Below, one piece after another: positions 1 to 8,288 of a stretch of DNA of 63,203 nt. The stretch spans positions 1 to 63,203 of IMG/VR virus record IMGVR_UViG_3300025889_000117; one strand, written 5' to 3'. The notes beneath the pieces were generated by a model, which was given only the letters and a program-made list of their open reading frames with translations, did no database searches and was not told the origin of the DNA. Both the position numbers and the translations under genes were made by a program. Within the stretch, counting starts at the first letter, position 1; each line of letters begins with the position of its first letter. This stretch comes from a virus. Its lineage: Duplodnaviria; Caudoviricetes.

Positions 1-126
1 AGCTGAAAAACAAGAAGCTGAAAAACAAGAAGCTGAAAAACAAGAAGCTGAAAAACAAGAAGCTGAAAAACAAGAAGCTGAAAAACAAGAAGCTGAAAAA
101 CAAGAAGCTGAAAAACAAGAAGCTGA
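1..126 (+). repeat. 15-bp tandem repeat AGCTGAAAAACAAGA (8 units plus a partial), left contig end
   Basis: Read directly; identical to the repeat at the right end; encodes (AEKQE)n. Confidence 0.97.
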
Positions 127-322
127 GTCTTATAAGAAATCAAAATCAAAATCAATTAGTAAAAAAGAATCTTATAAGCCTGAATCAAAACAAGGCAAAT
201 CAAAAGGTAAAACAAAACAAGGATCTTATAAGAAATCAAAAAATACTGGAAAAATAATTGGTATAGCTCAAAAAATACCAAGTGTACCAAGTGGACATTT
301 TGAGGGATCAGAATGGAGATAA
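2..322 (+). CDS. 3' part of the junction-spanning ORF: (AEKQE)n followed by a Lys/Ser-rich tail ending ...GHFEGSEWR
   Basis: Frame is open from position 2 to TAA at 320-322 and continues the ORF starting at 62893. Confidence 0.75.
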   Translation, partial: AEKQEAEKQEAEKQEAEKQEAEKQEAEKQEAEKQEAEKQEAESYKKSKSKSISKKESYKPESKQGKSKGKTKQGSYKKSKNTGKIIGIAQKIPSVPSGHFEGSEWR

Positions 323-774
323 CAGACTTAGAAAAATATATTGATAATATGATCAAAGTTCTTGATAAAGATCATTCTGTATCTAGATATTATAAGTGGT
401 TTAAACAAAATGCCAAAGTATATCACGTTATAAACAAAGAAAAATCTATTCAATATTCAAAGCAAAGTATAATTCAACGCTGTTTTGATAATTCTTATAA
501 AATCGTTATTAAAAGAAAAACTCTAAAGTATATTGAAGGTTTTACCCTTGCTTATGGAATACCAATAGAGCACGCTTTTATAACTAATAGTAAGAATGAG
601 ATTATAGATCCAACATTAGCGATCCCCGCATGCGGTGAATTTGAACGATACGGAGTAGAATATTACGGTGTAGAGATTCCAAGAAATCTTATAAAAATGC
701 TAAGATCAAAGGATAACTTCAACCCATTACCCTTTAGATACTGGCAATACTTAGAAAATGGGGGAACTTTATAA
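313..774 (+). CDS. Transglutaminase/papain-like protein (putative Cys-His-Asp triad)
   Basis: Motifs QRCFDNS, YIEGF, IEHAF, IIDPT. Confidence 0.55.
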   Translation: MEITDLEKYIDNMIKVLDKDHSVSRYYKWFKQNAKVYHVINKEKSIQYSKQSIIQRCFDNSYKIVIKRKTLKYIEGFTLAYGIPIEHAFITNSKNEIIDPTLAIPACGEFERYGVEYYGVEIPRNLIKMLRSKDNFNPLPFRYWQYLENGGTL

Positions 775-873
775 AATGTTCAAGTATTGTAAAAAATGTA
801 TAGGTATTAGACAATTCTTACCTAATGGATACGGTGTTATAAGGCATTGTGATATATGCGGAGCTGAGGAATA

Positions 874-1413
874 ATGATAAAGTTTGAGTGTCATGTATGC
901 AAAGCGTGTTATAAGACCGAAGAATATCTTAGAACTCATTTACTATTTGAACACTCAATATTAAAACCGATTTGCCAAAATCATGATCTTATAAAGAATC
1001 GAATTATAGCGGAAAATAACTTAATATCAGAATATAGTACGCATTTAGATTTTTTAAAAAGGCGTGTCATGAAACATGCTTTTAGACTAAGTATAATGGA
1101 ATTTTATAAATTAATATCATTAGAAAGAAAATTAAAAGCATTTAATATTAAATCTAGAAAGGATTCAAAAATGTTTAATGATATATCCGTTATAATAGAC
1201 GATTTGCATTTCAAACTATACGGCAAAAGAGTACCATTAGATTATAAGATTGATTATACTAAAACAGAATTACCGGATAATAAAATGAATGAGGGAATAT
1301 TTGTTGATATAGATTCAATTTATAAATTAACTTATGCAGGTTATGATAAATATCAAGGTATAATAAGAAAACGTGAGGATATAATAACTGACTTATACTG
1401 GGTTGATAAATAA
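874..1413 (+). CDS. Hypothetical protein with N-terminal C2H2 zinc finger
   Basis: CHVC...HLLFEH. Confidence 0.65.
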   Translation: MIKFECHVCKACYKTEEYLRTHLLFEHSILKPICQNHDLIKNRIIAENNLISEYSTHLDFLKRRVMKHAFRLSIMEFYKLISLERKLKAFNIKSRKDSKMFNDISVIIDDLHFKLYGKRVPLDYKIDYTKTELPDNKMNEGIFVDIDSIYKLTYAGYDKYQGIIRKREDIITDLYWVDK

Positions 1414-1556
1414 TGATAGTATATTGTAGTTTATGTTTAATGGAATTTAACAAAACAGATCCCGATTATAATAATCGTATTATAAGACACAATGATTTTC
1501 ATAGTTTAGCAAGAAAGCAAAAACGAAACACGACACAAGGAAATCCAGAATATAAT

Positions 1557-1614
1557 ATCAAAGTATAATCAATCAAAGTATAATCAATCAAAGTATAATC
1601 AATCAAAGTATAAT
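1557..1614. repeat. 15-bp tandem repeat (AAAGTATAATCAATC), ~3.8 copies
   Basis: Read directly. Confidence 0.9.
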
Positions 1615-1639
1615 TAAAAATTTATTTAAATACTAATTT

Positions 1640-1697
1640 TTTCTCTTTAAATACTCAATCACAAAGATTTATATTACTAATTAGTATTCTACTAATT
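1640..1697 (+). promoter_or_regulatory. Archaeal promoter (CACAAAGATTTATATTACTA), duplicated at ~3700-3755
   Basis: TATA-like TTTATA ~25 nt before ATG 1698; near-identical block precedes ATG 3756. Confidence 0.7.
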
Positions 1698-1937
1698 ATG
1701 GAAAGAATAGAAATTCCCAAAGATTGTTTGCTATGTGATATATGTAACAAACAACTAAGCGACAATTCATTTGTTGCCTTAGAAGATCAAATATGGTATG
1801 CAGGGCAATTAACTTGCGAATCATGCGATCTAAAATATGAATGTGGTAAATCTTACGAAGCAATAAGATTTATTAAAAAAGGCGATGATCTATCTGATAC
1901 AGATTTAGCATTACCGATCGTAATGGAGTTTGGTTAG
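1698..1937 (+). CDS. Small zinc-finger protein
   Basis: CDIC...CESC; preceded by promoter. Confidence 0.7.
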   Translation: MERIEIPKDCLLCDICNKQLSDNSFVALEDQIWYAGQLTCESCDLKYECGKSYEAIRFIKKGDDLSDTDLALPIVMEFG

Positions 1938-2154
1938 AATGATTTCTAATCGAGAAATGTTTTGTACCATAGCAGGTGTTATAGTGACAACAACAAAAGA
2001 CGCACCCACAATAAGACAAAGCCTAATACAAAGTACTATGAAACTTTGTAATATAAAACAAGAAGAAGCAGATAAAATTTTAGAGGAAACATACGATACT
2101 CTAAGGTTTATAATCCAAGCTGGTTTTTCAAAGGGAGAAAAACCACTTGTCTAG
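1930..2154 (+). CDS. Hypothetical protein
   Basis: ORF overlapping the upstream stop. Confidence 0.6.
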   Translation: MVRMISNREMFCTIAGVIVTTTKDAPTIRQSLIQSTMKLCNIKQEEADKILEETYDTLRFIIQAGFSKGEKPLV

Positions 2155-2202
2155 TTTTTCTTCTGATAGATACGAAGAAGCTTATAATATCCTAATGGAT
2201 TA

Positions 2203-2400
2203 TTGGGATTCATTTCCAGAAGAAGAAAAAGACATAATAGACGCAAAACTTCAGGAGCTAGGCTTATAATGTGTGAGTGTCCTATATGTGAAAGTCCTTG
2301 TTCTGAGGAAATCACAAAGTTTGTTTTAAACGAACTTTATAAAATGAGCAAAAATCCAAATTATAAACCCAAAAACGCAAGAGAGGCAGGTTTGTTATAA
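2203..2400 (+). CDS. Small basic Cys-rich protein
   Basis: Arg-rich N-terminus, CECPIC; stop overlaps next start. Confidence 0.55.
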   Translation: MGFISRRRKRHNRRKTSGARLIMCECPICESPCSEEITKFVLNELYKMSKNPNYKPKNAREAGLL

Positions 2401-2834
2401 TGGGTTACACGCATTATATGACAAGGGATAATCATGACTTTGATAAAGACCAATGGAACAAGGCAATACTTGATTTTTATAAAATATTGCCTGAATATAT
2501 GGATAGATTAGATAATGATCCTGAAAGTAGCCAATGTCTAAAAGCAAATACTGAAGAAATACTTTTCAACGGTATAGGCGAAAATAGCCATGAAACGTTT
2601 TATATTGATAGGGTAGTATCAGAAGGCAAATATTTCAATTTTTGTAAGACAGCTAGAAAACCATATGATATAGTTGTATGTGTGAGTATGTTGATCTTTA
2701 AAAAACACTTCCCAAGTCAATTAGAAATATCTAGTGATGGGGGGTATCAAGAGTGGTCTAAAGCAGTAGAAATCGTAAATGACAAACTGGGTTATAATAT
2801 AGATAATCCATTTGATCTTGAAGAAGAAGATTGA
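2400..2834 (+). CDS. Conserved viral hypothetical protein (MGYTHY...FCKTARKPYD family)
   Basis: Motifs MGYTHY, HETF, FNFCKTARKPYD, SSDG recall a recurrent phage family of unknown function. Confidence 0.7.
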   Translation: MGYTHYMTRDNHDFDKDQWNKAILDFYKILPEYMDRLDNDPESSQCLKANTEEILFNGIGENSHETFYIDRVVSEGKYFNFCKTARKPYDIVVCVSMLIFKKHFPSQLEISSDGGYQEWSKAVEIVNDKLGYNIDNPFDLEEED

Positions 2835-2967
2835 TAAACATGGATATGAAAAAATTTAGAAAACAGTGGAAAAAAATAATGGAAGAAGAAGTAAAAACTC
2901 ATACACAAAGACTAGCAGAAGAATAATTTTTTTATCTTCTTTTATTTTTTATAATTTATAATATCGT

Positions 2968-3103
2968 AGTATATCTTCATAGTATATCTTCATAGTATAT
3001 CTTCATAGTATATCTTCATAGTATATCTTCATAGTATATCTTCATAGTATATCTTCATAGTATATCTTCATAGTATATCTTCATAGTATATCTTCATAGT
3101 ATA
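2968..3103. repeat. Perfect 13-bp tandem repeat AGTATATCTTCAT x10
   Basis: Ten identical units 2968-3097 plus AGTATA. Confidence 0.97.
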
Positions 3104-3131
3104 ATATCAAAGTATAACTTTATAATTTTAT

Positions 3132-3287
3132 AAAAAAGAAGCCCACTAGTAGAAATTCACGAAGATCTAGTGGGAAGCCTTTAAGTCTGCTTATACTTAC
3201 GCTTTATTTATACTCTAAAGACTAAGAGTAGAGTTAAACCTATCTGATCTTCTCGTCTTATCATGAGAGATTGTGATCGTTTAACTC
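3132..3287 (-). ncRNA. Candidate structured ~155-nt non-coding RNA
   Basis: TTTAAA ~25 nt upstream on minus strand; stems GAGTTAAAC/GTTTAACTC, TACTCT/AGAGTA, CCCACTAG/CTAGTGGG; ends in a T-tract. Confidence 0.5.
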
Positions 3288-3391
3288 AATAATAGTATAT
3301 CTTTTACCTAATTTAAATGTATGTTTTTGGTATTCTTGGTATTCTTGGTTTACTTGGCATAAGTTATATTACATATAGTATAATGTATAAC

Positions 3392-3685
3392 ATGAATCAA
3401 GACATGAAAGAAAAGGTGGAATACCTCAAACATTGGGAACAAATACATAAACAGTATTTGAATAAAGACGGTTCACTAAACTTTGATGGGTATAATTTAT
3501 GTCATACCTGCGAAGTGGAATGGGGTAATGATCCAAAATGGAATGACTATGAGTTGTACCATTTAAGACCGAGATTAGAAAATTATTGGTATGATCACCC
3601 TGACGACTCAGAAGATAATGACGGAGAATACAAAGATATATTCTCAAAAGCACACCCTAGAAAAGCTAAAGAATTATGGGAATAA
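3392..3685 (+). CDS. Hypothetical acidic protein (start moved from 3317 to 3392)
   Basis: TTATAT at ~3364 lies ~25 nt before ATG 3392. Confidence 0.6.
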   Translation: MNQDMKEKVEYLKHWEQIHKQYLNKDGSLNFDGYNLCHTCEVEWGNDPKWNDYELYHLRPRLENYWYDHPDDSEDNDGEYKDIFSKAHPRKAKELWE

Positions 3686-3755
3686 TACCCATTTTTTATT
3701 TTTCTTTAAATACCAAATCACAAAGATTTATATTACTATATCACTAATTACTAGT

Positions 3756-3935
3756 ATGAAATCAAACATGATTCACAGCTTTACAAAAGCAGAACTAGTA
3801 AGAGTATGCGATCTTGCCATGAGAAGAATGATTGATAATAACATAGAAAACTATGCCATGGAAGATCAAATGCTTTTTAAAAAATGCCAAACTCTTAAAG
3901 TCAGTTATGGCAAAAAATATGGGGGTTTACTTTAA
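3756..3935 (+). CDS. Hypothetical protein (start moved from 3591)
   Basis: Duplicated promoter ~25 nt upstream; TAATG coupling to the next gene. Confidence 0.6.
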   Translation: MKSNMIHSFTKAELVRVCDLAMRRMIDNNIENYAMEDQMLFKKCQTLKVSYGKKYGGLL

Positions 3936-4129
3936 TGAAACCCCTTACTTTTTATAAAAGAAAATATGCTTACAAATATCACACCATAGGTGCTAAAATA
4001 AAATGGTGGATTCTTGCAAATATTATAAAAGACGAGTTAATAGAAGAATACGCACAGGATAAAGAATTATTGAGAGATTATTATTTGTCCGAACCTGATT
4101 ATGAGGATTACAGACATGATTACTACTAA
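3935..4129 (+). CDS. Hypothetical protein
   Basis: Translationally coupled ORF. Confidence 0.55.
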   Translation: MKPLTFYKRKYAYKYHTIGAKIKWWILANIIKDELIEEYAQDKELLRDYYLSEPDYEDYRHDYY

Positions 4130-4298
4130 TATGCAATTAGTTATAAGTTGTAAAATGTGTAATACTCTTATAAAACAAGAAATGCCCAAAAGTTTAATCG
4201 GTAAAACTACTAGAAAATATTGTTCCGATTGTGTAAAACTTAGAAAAAAAACAAAGGCTAGAGAATGGTATATAAAAAATCGAGGTAATAAACAATGA
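4101..4298 (+). CDS. Small zinc-finger protein
   Basis: CKMC...KYCSDC. Confidence 0.6.
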   Translation: MRITDMITTNMQLVISCKMCNTLIKQEMPKSLIGKTTRKYCSDCVKLRKKTKAREWYIKNRGNKQ

Positions 4299-4560
4299 AT
4301 ACTAAAGATAGGGAACTTATGGATAATATAAGAAAAACCATTAAAGAAGCAAAAAATGTAGCAATAAAAGATATGCAGAAAACTACTGATCTAAATGATA
4401 TATGTTATTATAATGGACTTCATGATGCGTATAGTTTCGTATATGAAATTATAAGGAAGGTAAGATAAAATGATTTGTGATAAATGCGATTCGTATTGCC
4501 CGAATTATAACTTCTTTATAGTAAAAGGTAAAGGTGCTTTGTGCAAGGAGTGTTTTGAAA

Positions 4561-4764
4561 ATGGGTTGTAAAGGGGTTTGTAACCGTTATAAGGCTAAAA
4601 GAGTAGTCGGAGAGAGCAGGTATGGACAAGGGCAAAAACGTTGCACAACTTGCCAAGAGTATATAATATGGGAAGGTGTTTATTGTCCTTGCTGTAATTA
4701 TAGACTTAGAGTAAAACCTAGATTTATGAAGTATAAGAAATTATTAGTAGAGGTAAAGAAATGA
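4561..4764 (+). CDS. Cys-rich small protein resembling a conserved thaumarchaeal family
   Basis: MGCKGVC.RYKA...RY..GQKRC..C...I.WEG..CPCC.YRLR.KPR, recalled from Nitrosopumilus/Nitrososphaera genomes. Confidence 0.7.
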   Translation: MGCKGVCNRYKAKRVVGESRYGQGQKRCTTCQEYIIWEGVYCPCCNYRLRVKPRFMKYKKLLVEVKK

Positions 4765-4866
4765 GAAAATGTAATTGTGGTTATAAAATGATAATAGAAA
4801 CAAAAGTCTTTTATGATTATAGTGATTTAGAATATTATAAATGTGAAAAATGTGGTGCAGAAGATT

Positions 4867-5067
4867 ATGATTAAGGCAAGAAAATTATTTTTAATTCCAA
4901 GTTTAAGTGCATTATTGCTTATAATACCATTTTTAGGTATTCCATTGTATATCATAGTATGTATAGCATGGTATCTTAGAAATAAAAATAACATACATTT
5001 ATATTTCCAAGGGATTAATTATGATCAGAATGAAATTAAAGACAAGGAGCTTGAGAAATTAAAATGA
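4867..5067 (+). CDS. Small membrane protein
   Basis: Hydrophobic stretch LFLIPSLSALLLIIPFLGIPLYIIVCIAW. Confidence 0.55.
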   Translation: MIKARKLFLIPSLSALLLIIPFLGIPLYIIVCIAWYLRNKNNIHLYFQGINYDQNEIKDKELEKLK

Positions 5068-5158
5068 AACATTACGGTATTCAATATTGCAGTTATTGTG
5101 AAAAAGTATTTGAATTTCCATATGAATTATGGGATCATGAATCAAAGGTGCATGAAAA

Positions 5159-5494
5159 ATGAGAGTTTGGGATCAAATATCACCTGATAGACTTTGTAAA
5201 AAACATTTACTAGCAGAACATAGAGAAACTTTATGTGTGTATAGTGTTATAACTAATGGTAAGAAAGGATATTCAAAACATCCCGAAACCGCAAGGTTTA
5301 GACATAATATAAGTGCATTAGTATATAGGCATAGACAGTTAGTTAATGAAGCAACAAGACGTGGTTATAATTTTAAATCATTACCAAATTCGGAGTATAT
5401 CATTGCTTTTAATAAAATGCCTAATGCTTGGGATAATCAAGAAAAATCCCTAAGTCGCAAAGAATGTGAATGTATAAAGGTGATAAAAAAATGA
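5159..5494 (+). CDS. Pyrimidine-dimer DNA glycosylase / T4 endonuclease V-like protein
   Basis: MRVW...L..KHLLAEHRE, HPET, EATRRGYNF. Confidence 0.75.
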   Translation: MRVWDQISPDRLCKKHLLAEHRETLCVYSVITNGKKGYSKHPETARFRHNISALVYRHRQLVNEATRRGYNFKSLPNSEYIIAFNKMPNAWDNQEKSLSRKECECIKVIKK

Positions 5495-5733
5495 TAATAA
5501 TAGATAAAAAAATTCATAGTTTATGGAAAGCTAATCCAGACTATATTGGAAAATATCAATATGTATTGTCAAATGGAAATCAAAGTATATCTATAGTTGA
5601 AATTATAAAGACTTATGGTAGCAGTAAATGGGAAGTATTTCAAATCAAGGGAGATATAATTTTGTTTGATGATATTATAAGATTTGATTCTTATAAAGAA
5701 GCAGAAGATTATTCAAGGAAGTTACTAAATTGA
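5491..5733 (+). CDS. Hypothetical protein
   Basis: ATGA overlap with upstream stop. Confidence 0.55.
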   Translation: MIIIDKKIHSLWKANPDYIGKYQYVLSNGNQSISIVEIIKTYGSSKWEVFQIKGDIILFDDIIRFDSYKEAEDYSRKLLN

Positions 5734-5960
5734 CTGAAGATTATATACAAAATAAAGAAATCGAAGTTCTTGTATGGTATGACTATGAATATCAAGATAA
5801 GTTAGGTTCACCATCAATAGAGGCAAGTTTTGACGACTTTGAAGAAGCTTATAATTTATACACAAACGCAACAGAATTTTTGTGTAAGCAGATTATAAGA
5901 TATGATAACTCAGATGAAGAATCAGAAGGAGAAATTATAGACGAGGAATGGAGAGAATAA
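5730..5960 (+). CDS. Acidic hypothetical protein
   Basis: TTGA overlap; coupled to the next gene. Confidence 0.55.
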   Translation: MTEDYIQNKEIEVLVWYDYEYQDKLGSPSIEASFDDFEEAYNLYTNATEFLCKQIIRYDNSDEESEGEIIDEEWRE

Positions 5961-6172
5961 TGGAAGAAAGTTTTGCAGGTACTTCATGGATTCTTGGTGC
6001 AAAGTATAACACCGAAACAAAACAAATGCAAGTTTATATTGGAATGAAAGGTGAAGTATATGAATTTGAGGGAGTTGATCATGAAACTTGGTCAGAATTT
6101 AAAAATGCTGAATCAAAGGGCAAGTATTTTAATTTGTATATAAGAGGAAATTTCCAATCTCCTAGTATATAA
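5960..6172 (+). CDS. KTSC-domain protein
   Basis: SWI...YN.ET..M.V, Y.FEGV, F.NAESKGKYFN.YIRG. Confidence 0.85.
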   Translation: MEESFAGTSWILGAKYNTETKQMQVYIGMKGEVYEFEGVDHETWSEFKNAESKGKYFNLYIRGNFQSPSI

Positions 6173-6205
6173 GCTTATATAGTTATATACTGATAATCGA
6201 AGTAT

Positions 6206-6544
6206 ATGACATTAAAAGACGATATAAAAGAAATTAAAAAAAAATGTGGTGATATGGCAGTTGGTAATGGTTCTTGTTGGATTTGTGGTTGTCAAACAGC
6301 AAAACGCGGAATGACAGTTCACCATAGGTGGTATTTACAAAAAGACGTTATATACAAAGACTATCCCCGCAACGATAGTGGAACATTACAATATTATAAG
6401 GACTTATATCCAATGATACAACGTAACCCAAACAGGTTTATGTATTTATGTAATACACACCATCAAGCATTAGAAAGAATATGTAGATATAGCGATAAGA
6501 TTTTTAATAAATTATGTACCGCTAGAAAAATGACAAAAACATGA
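6206..6544 (+). CDS. HNH-like endonuclease
   Basis: CWICG...TVHH...LCNTHH. Confidence 0.55.
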   Translation: MTLKDDIKEIKKKCGDMAVGNGSCWICGCQTAKRGMTVHHRWYLQKDVIYKDYPRNDSGTLQYYKDLYPMIQRNPNRFMYLCNTHHQALERICRYSDKIFNKLCTARKMTKT

Positions 6545-6662
6545 CAGAAGTAATTCATTGTATAGTATGTGGTGAAGAATTATGGATAGACGATTATAGA
6601 AACTATTCAAAATGTGATAAACATAAAAAGACTAATATATATCGAAGTATATCCGAAGTATA

Positions 6663-7229
6663 ATGAATATTCCATTACCAAGTAAAAAGTATAATATAAT
6701 ATATTGTGATCCAGCATGGTCTTATAATGATAAGGCTCTCGCTGGTAATCGTGGTGCAGGTTGTAAATATAATGTAATGACATTAGAAGAATTAAAACAA
6801 TTACCTGTTCAAAGTATATCCGAATCTGATAGTATAATGTTTATGTGGGTTACAATGCCAAAATTATTAGATGGTACTTGTATGGAAGTTATGAAGTCAT
6901 GGGACTTTATACCGAAAACTTGTGCTTTTACTTGGATAAAATATTATAAGAATTTAAAACCATTTATGGGAATGGGTAGGTGGACAAGAGCAAATGCGGA
7001 GTTATGTATATTGGGAACAAAGGGAAAGCCACAGCGTATAAGTGCAAGTATCAGACAGTTAATAGAAACTTATAATGGTGATATTATACAAAGCATACCC
7101 GAAAGACATAGTAAGAAACCAAATGTTGCAAGAGATAGAATAGTTGAATTATGTGGTGATTTACCTAGAATAGAATTATTTGCTAGAGAGACAGCAGACG
7201 GTTGGGATTCTTGGGGTAATGAAATATGA
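6663..7229 (+). CDS. MT-A70 family N6-adenine methyltransferase
   Basis: IIYCDPAW (DPPW variant), FMWVT, FTW.K, GMG.WTR.NAE, HSKKP, RIELFARE, GWDSWGNE. Confidence 0.92.
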   Translation: MNIPLPSKKYNIIYCDPAWSYNDKALAGNRGAGCKYNVMTLEELKQLPVQSISESDSIMFMWVTMPKLLDGTCMEVMKSWDFIPKTCAFTWIKYYKNLKPFMGMGRWTRANAELCILGTKGKPQRISASIRQLIETYNGDIIQSIPERHSKKPNVARDRIVELCGDLPRIELFARETADGWDSWGNEI

Positions 7230-7351
7230 AAATACATATAACGAAAAAAACTTGGACAGAAATAATCAATGATAAGGACTTCTTTGATAATATAAGAAAC
7301 ATAGATAATGAAAAATGTTTTTTTCCTAAAGGATATGATGATACTGTATGA

Positions 7352-7906
7352 TTATAATTTGTATATCTCTTTTGCTTTCTTTATTGGTATATAAGGAAAT
7401 GTTATAGGAATCCATATAATACCCCAACGTTCCCAAATCTTAATCATTTCTTTTGAACCATACCAGTTATCATGGACTATAACTGTTGCTGAAGAACCAC
7501 GACTACCTGCTCTACCTTCAGGTGCATCGTATTTTCTTGTTATATGAGTAGTTCCTACATTATCAATGTATAAAGCATGGAGTAATTCATGTACCAATGG
7601 TGGTATATTTTGTCTTAATATAAACTGACTTTTTATATCGTTTATAAACATATAAATGACTTTTTGACCTGTTACTCCCCAAGCAATACCATCAGAAGTT
7701 TCTACATTTAGATGTTGATAGTATTTTTTATAATCTTCCTGTTCTGTAACAGGTATAATCCATAAATCCCAATTTTCATAAAAATTTAACCAATTTTTAT
7801 AACCTGACATTGGTGTACCATCATCACCATTAAGCATTATAGCTTTCTGTATAATGCGAGTCATTCTATCTTGATCAATGTTTTTAGTTTTATAAGTTAT
7901 TGGCAT
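7352..7906 (-). CDS. Putative zincin metallopeptidase
   Basis: LVHELLHAL (HEXXH). Confidence 0.55.
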   Translation of the reverse strand: MPITYKTKNIDQDRMTRIIQKAIMLNGDDGTPMSGYKNWLNFYENWDLWIIPVTEQEDYKKYYQHLNVETSDGIAWGVTGQKVIYMFINDIKSQFILRQNIPPLVHELLHALYIDNVGTTHITRKYDAPEGRAGSRGSSATVIVHDNWYGSKEMIKIWERWGIIWIPITFPYIPIKKAKEIYKL

Positions 7907-8139
7907 TTTTGGTATTCCTCTATTACATATTCAATCATTTTCAAATTTTTTTTTGCTTCTTCAACACCAAGTTCTCTTCTTATAATTTCTGTTCTCCAAT
8001 TAGGAAGATTATAATCTTTATATTTTTGTGCATCTTCTAATGATTTTTCTGCTGATAACAAGTCTTTTTGATAAAATAATCTAAATTCTAATAACTGGTA
8101 CAAGTCATATTTATCACCTGACTTATAATTCCATGTCAT
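7897..8139 (-). CDS. Hypothetical coiled-coil protein
   Basis: ORF within the minus-strand gene run. Confidence 0.5.
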   Translation of the reverse strand: MTWNYKSGDKYDLYQLLEFRLFYQKDLLSAEKSLEDAQKYKDYNLPNWRTEIIRRELGVEEAKKNLKMIEYVIEEYQKCQ

Positions 8140-8288
8140 TATTCTTCTTCTTCTTTTGTAATATTTAAGCCTTTATATGAACAAAACCCCTCTTCACATA
8201 ACCCCATAATATCTTCTGCTTTTATATATTTATTAAATTGTTTAAGTTCTTCAACCATAGTATTACTTATATATGATGTATATAAAAA

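Noticed and set aside
1-126. Direct terminal repeats of a linear genome
   Set aside because: The shared end sequence is a coding tandem repeat inside one ORF, better explained as an assembly break in a circular or permuted sequence
2968-3103. Possible CRISPR array
   Set aside because: Contiguous identical 13-mers with no spacers; a simple tandem repeat
3317-3391. N-terminal TM helix (GILGILG) on ORF 3317..3685
   Set aside because: Arises from a short TTGGTATTC repeat overlapping divergent promoters; a better TATA-linked start is at 3392
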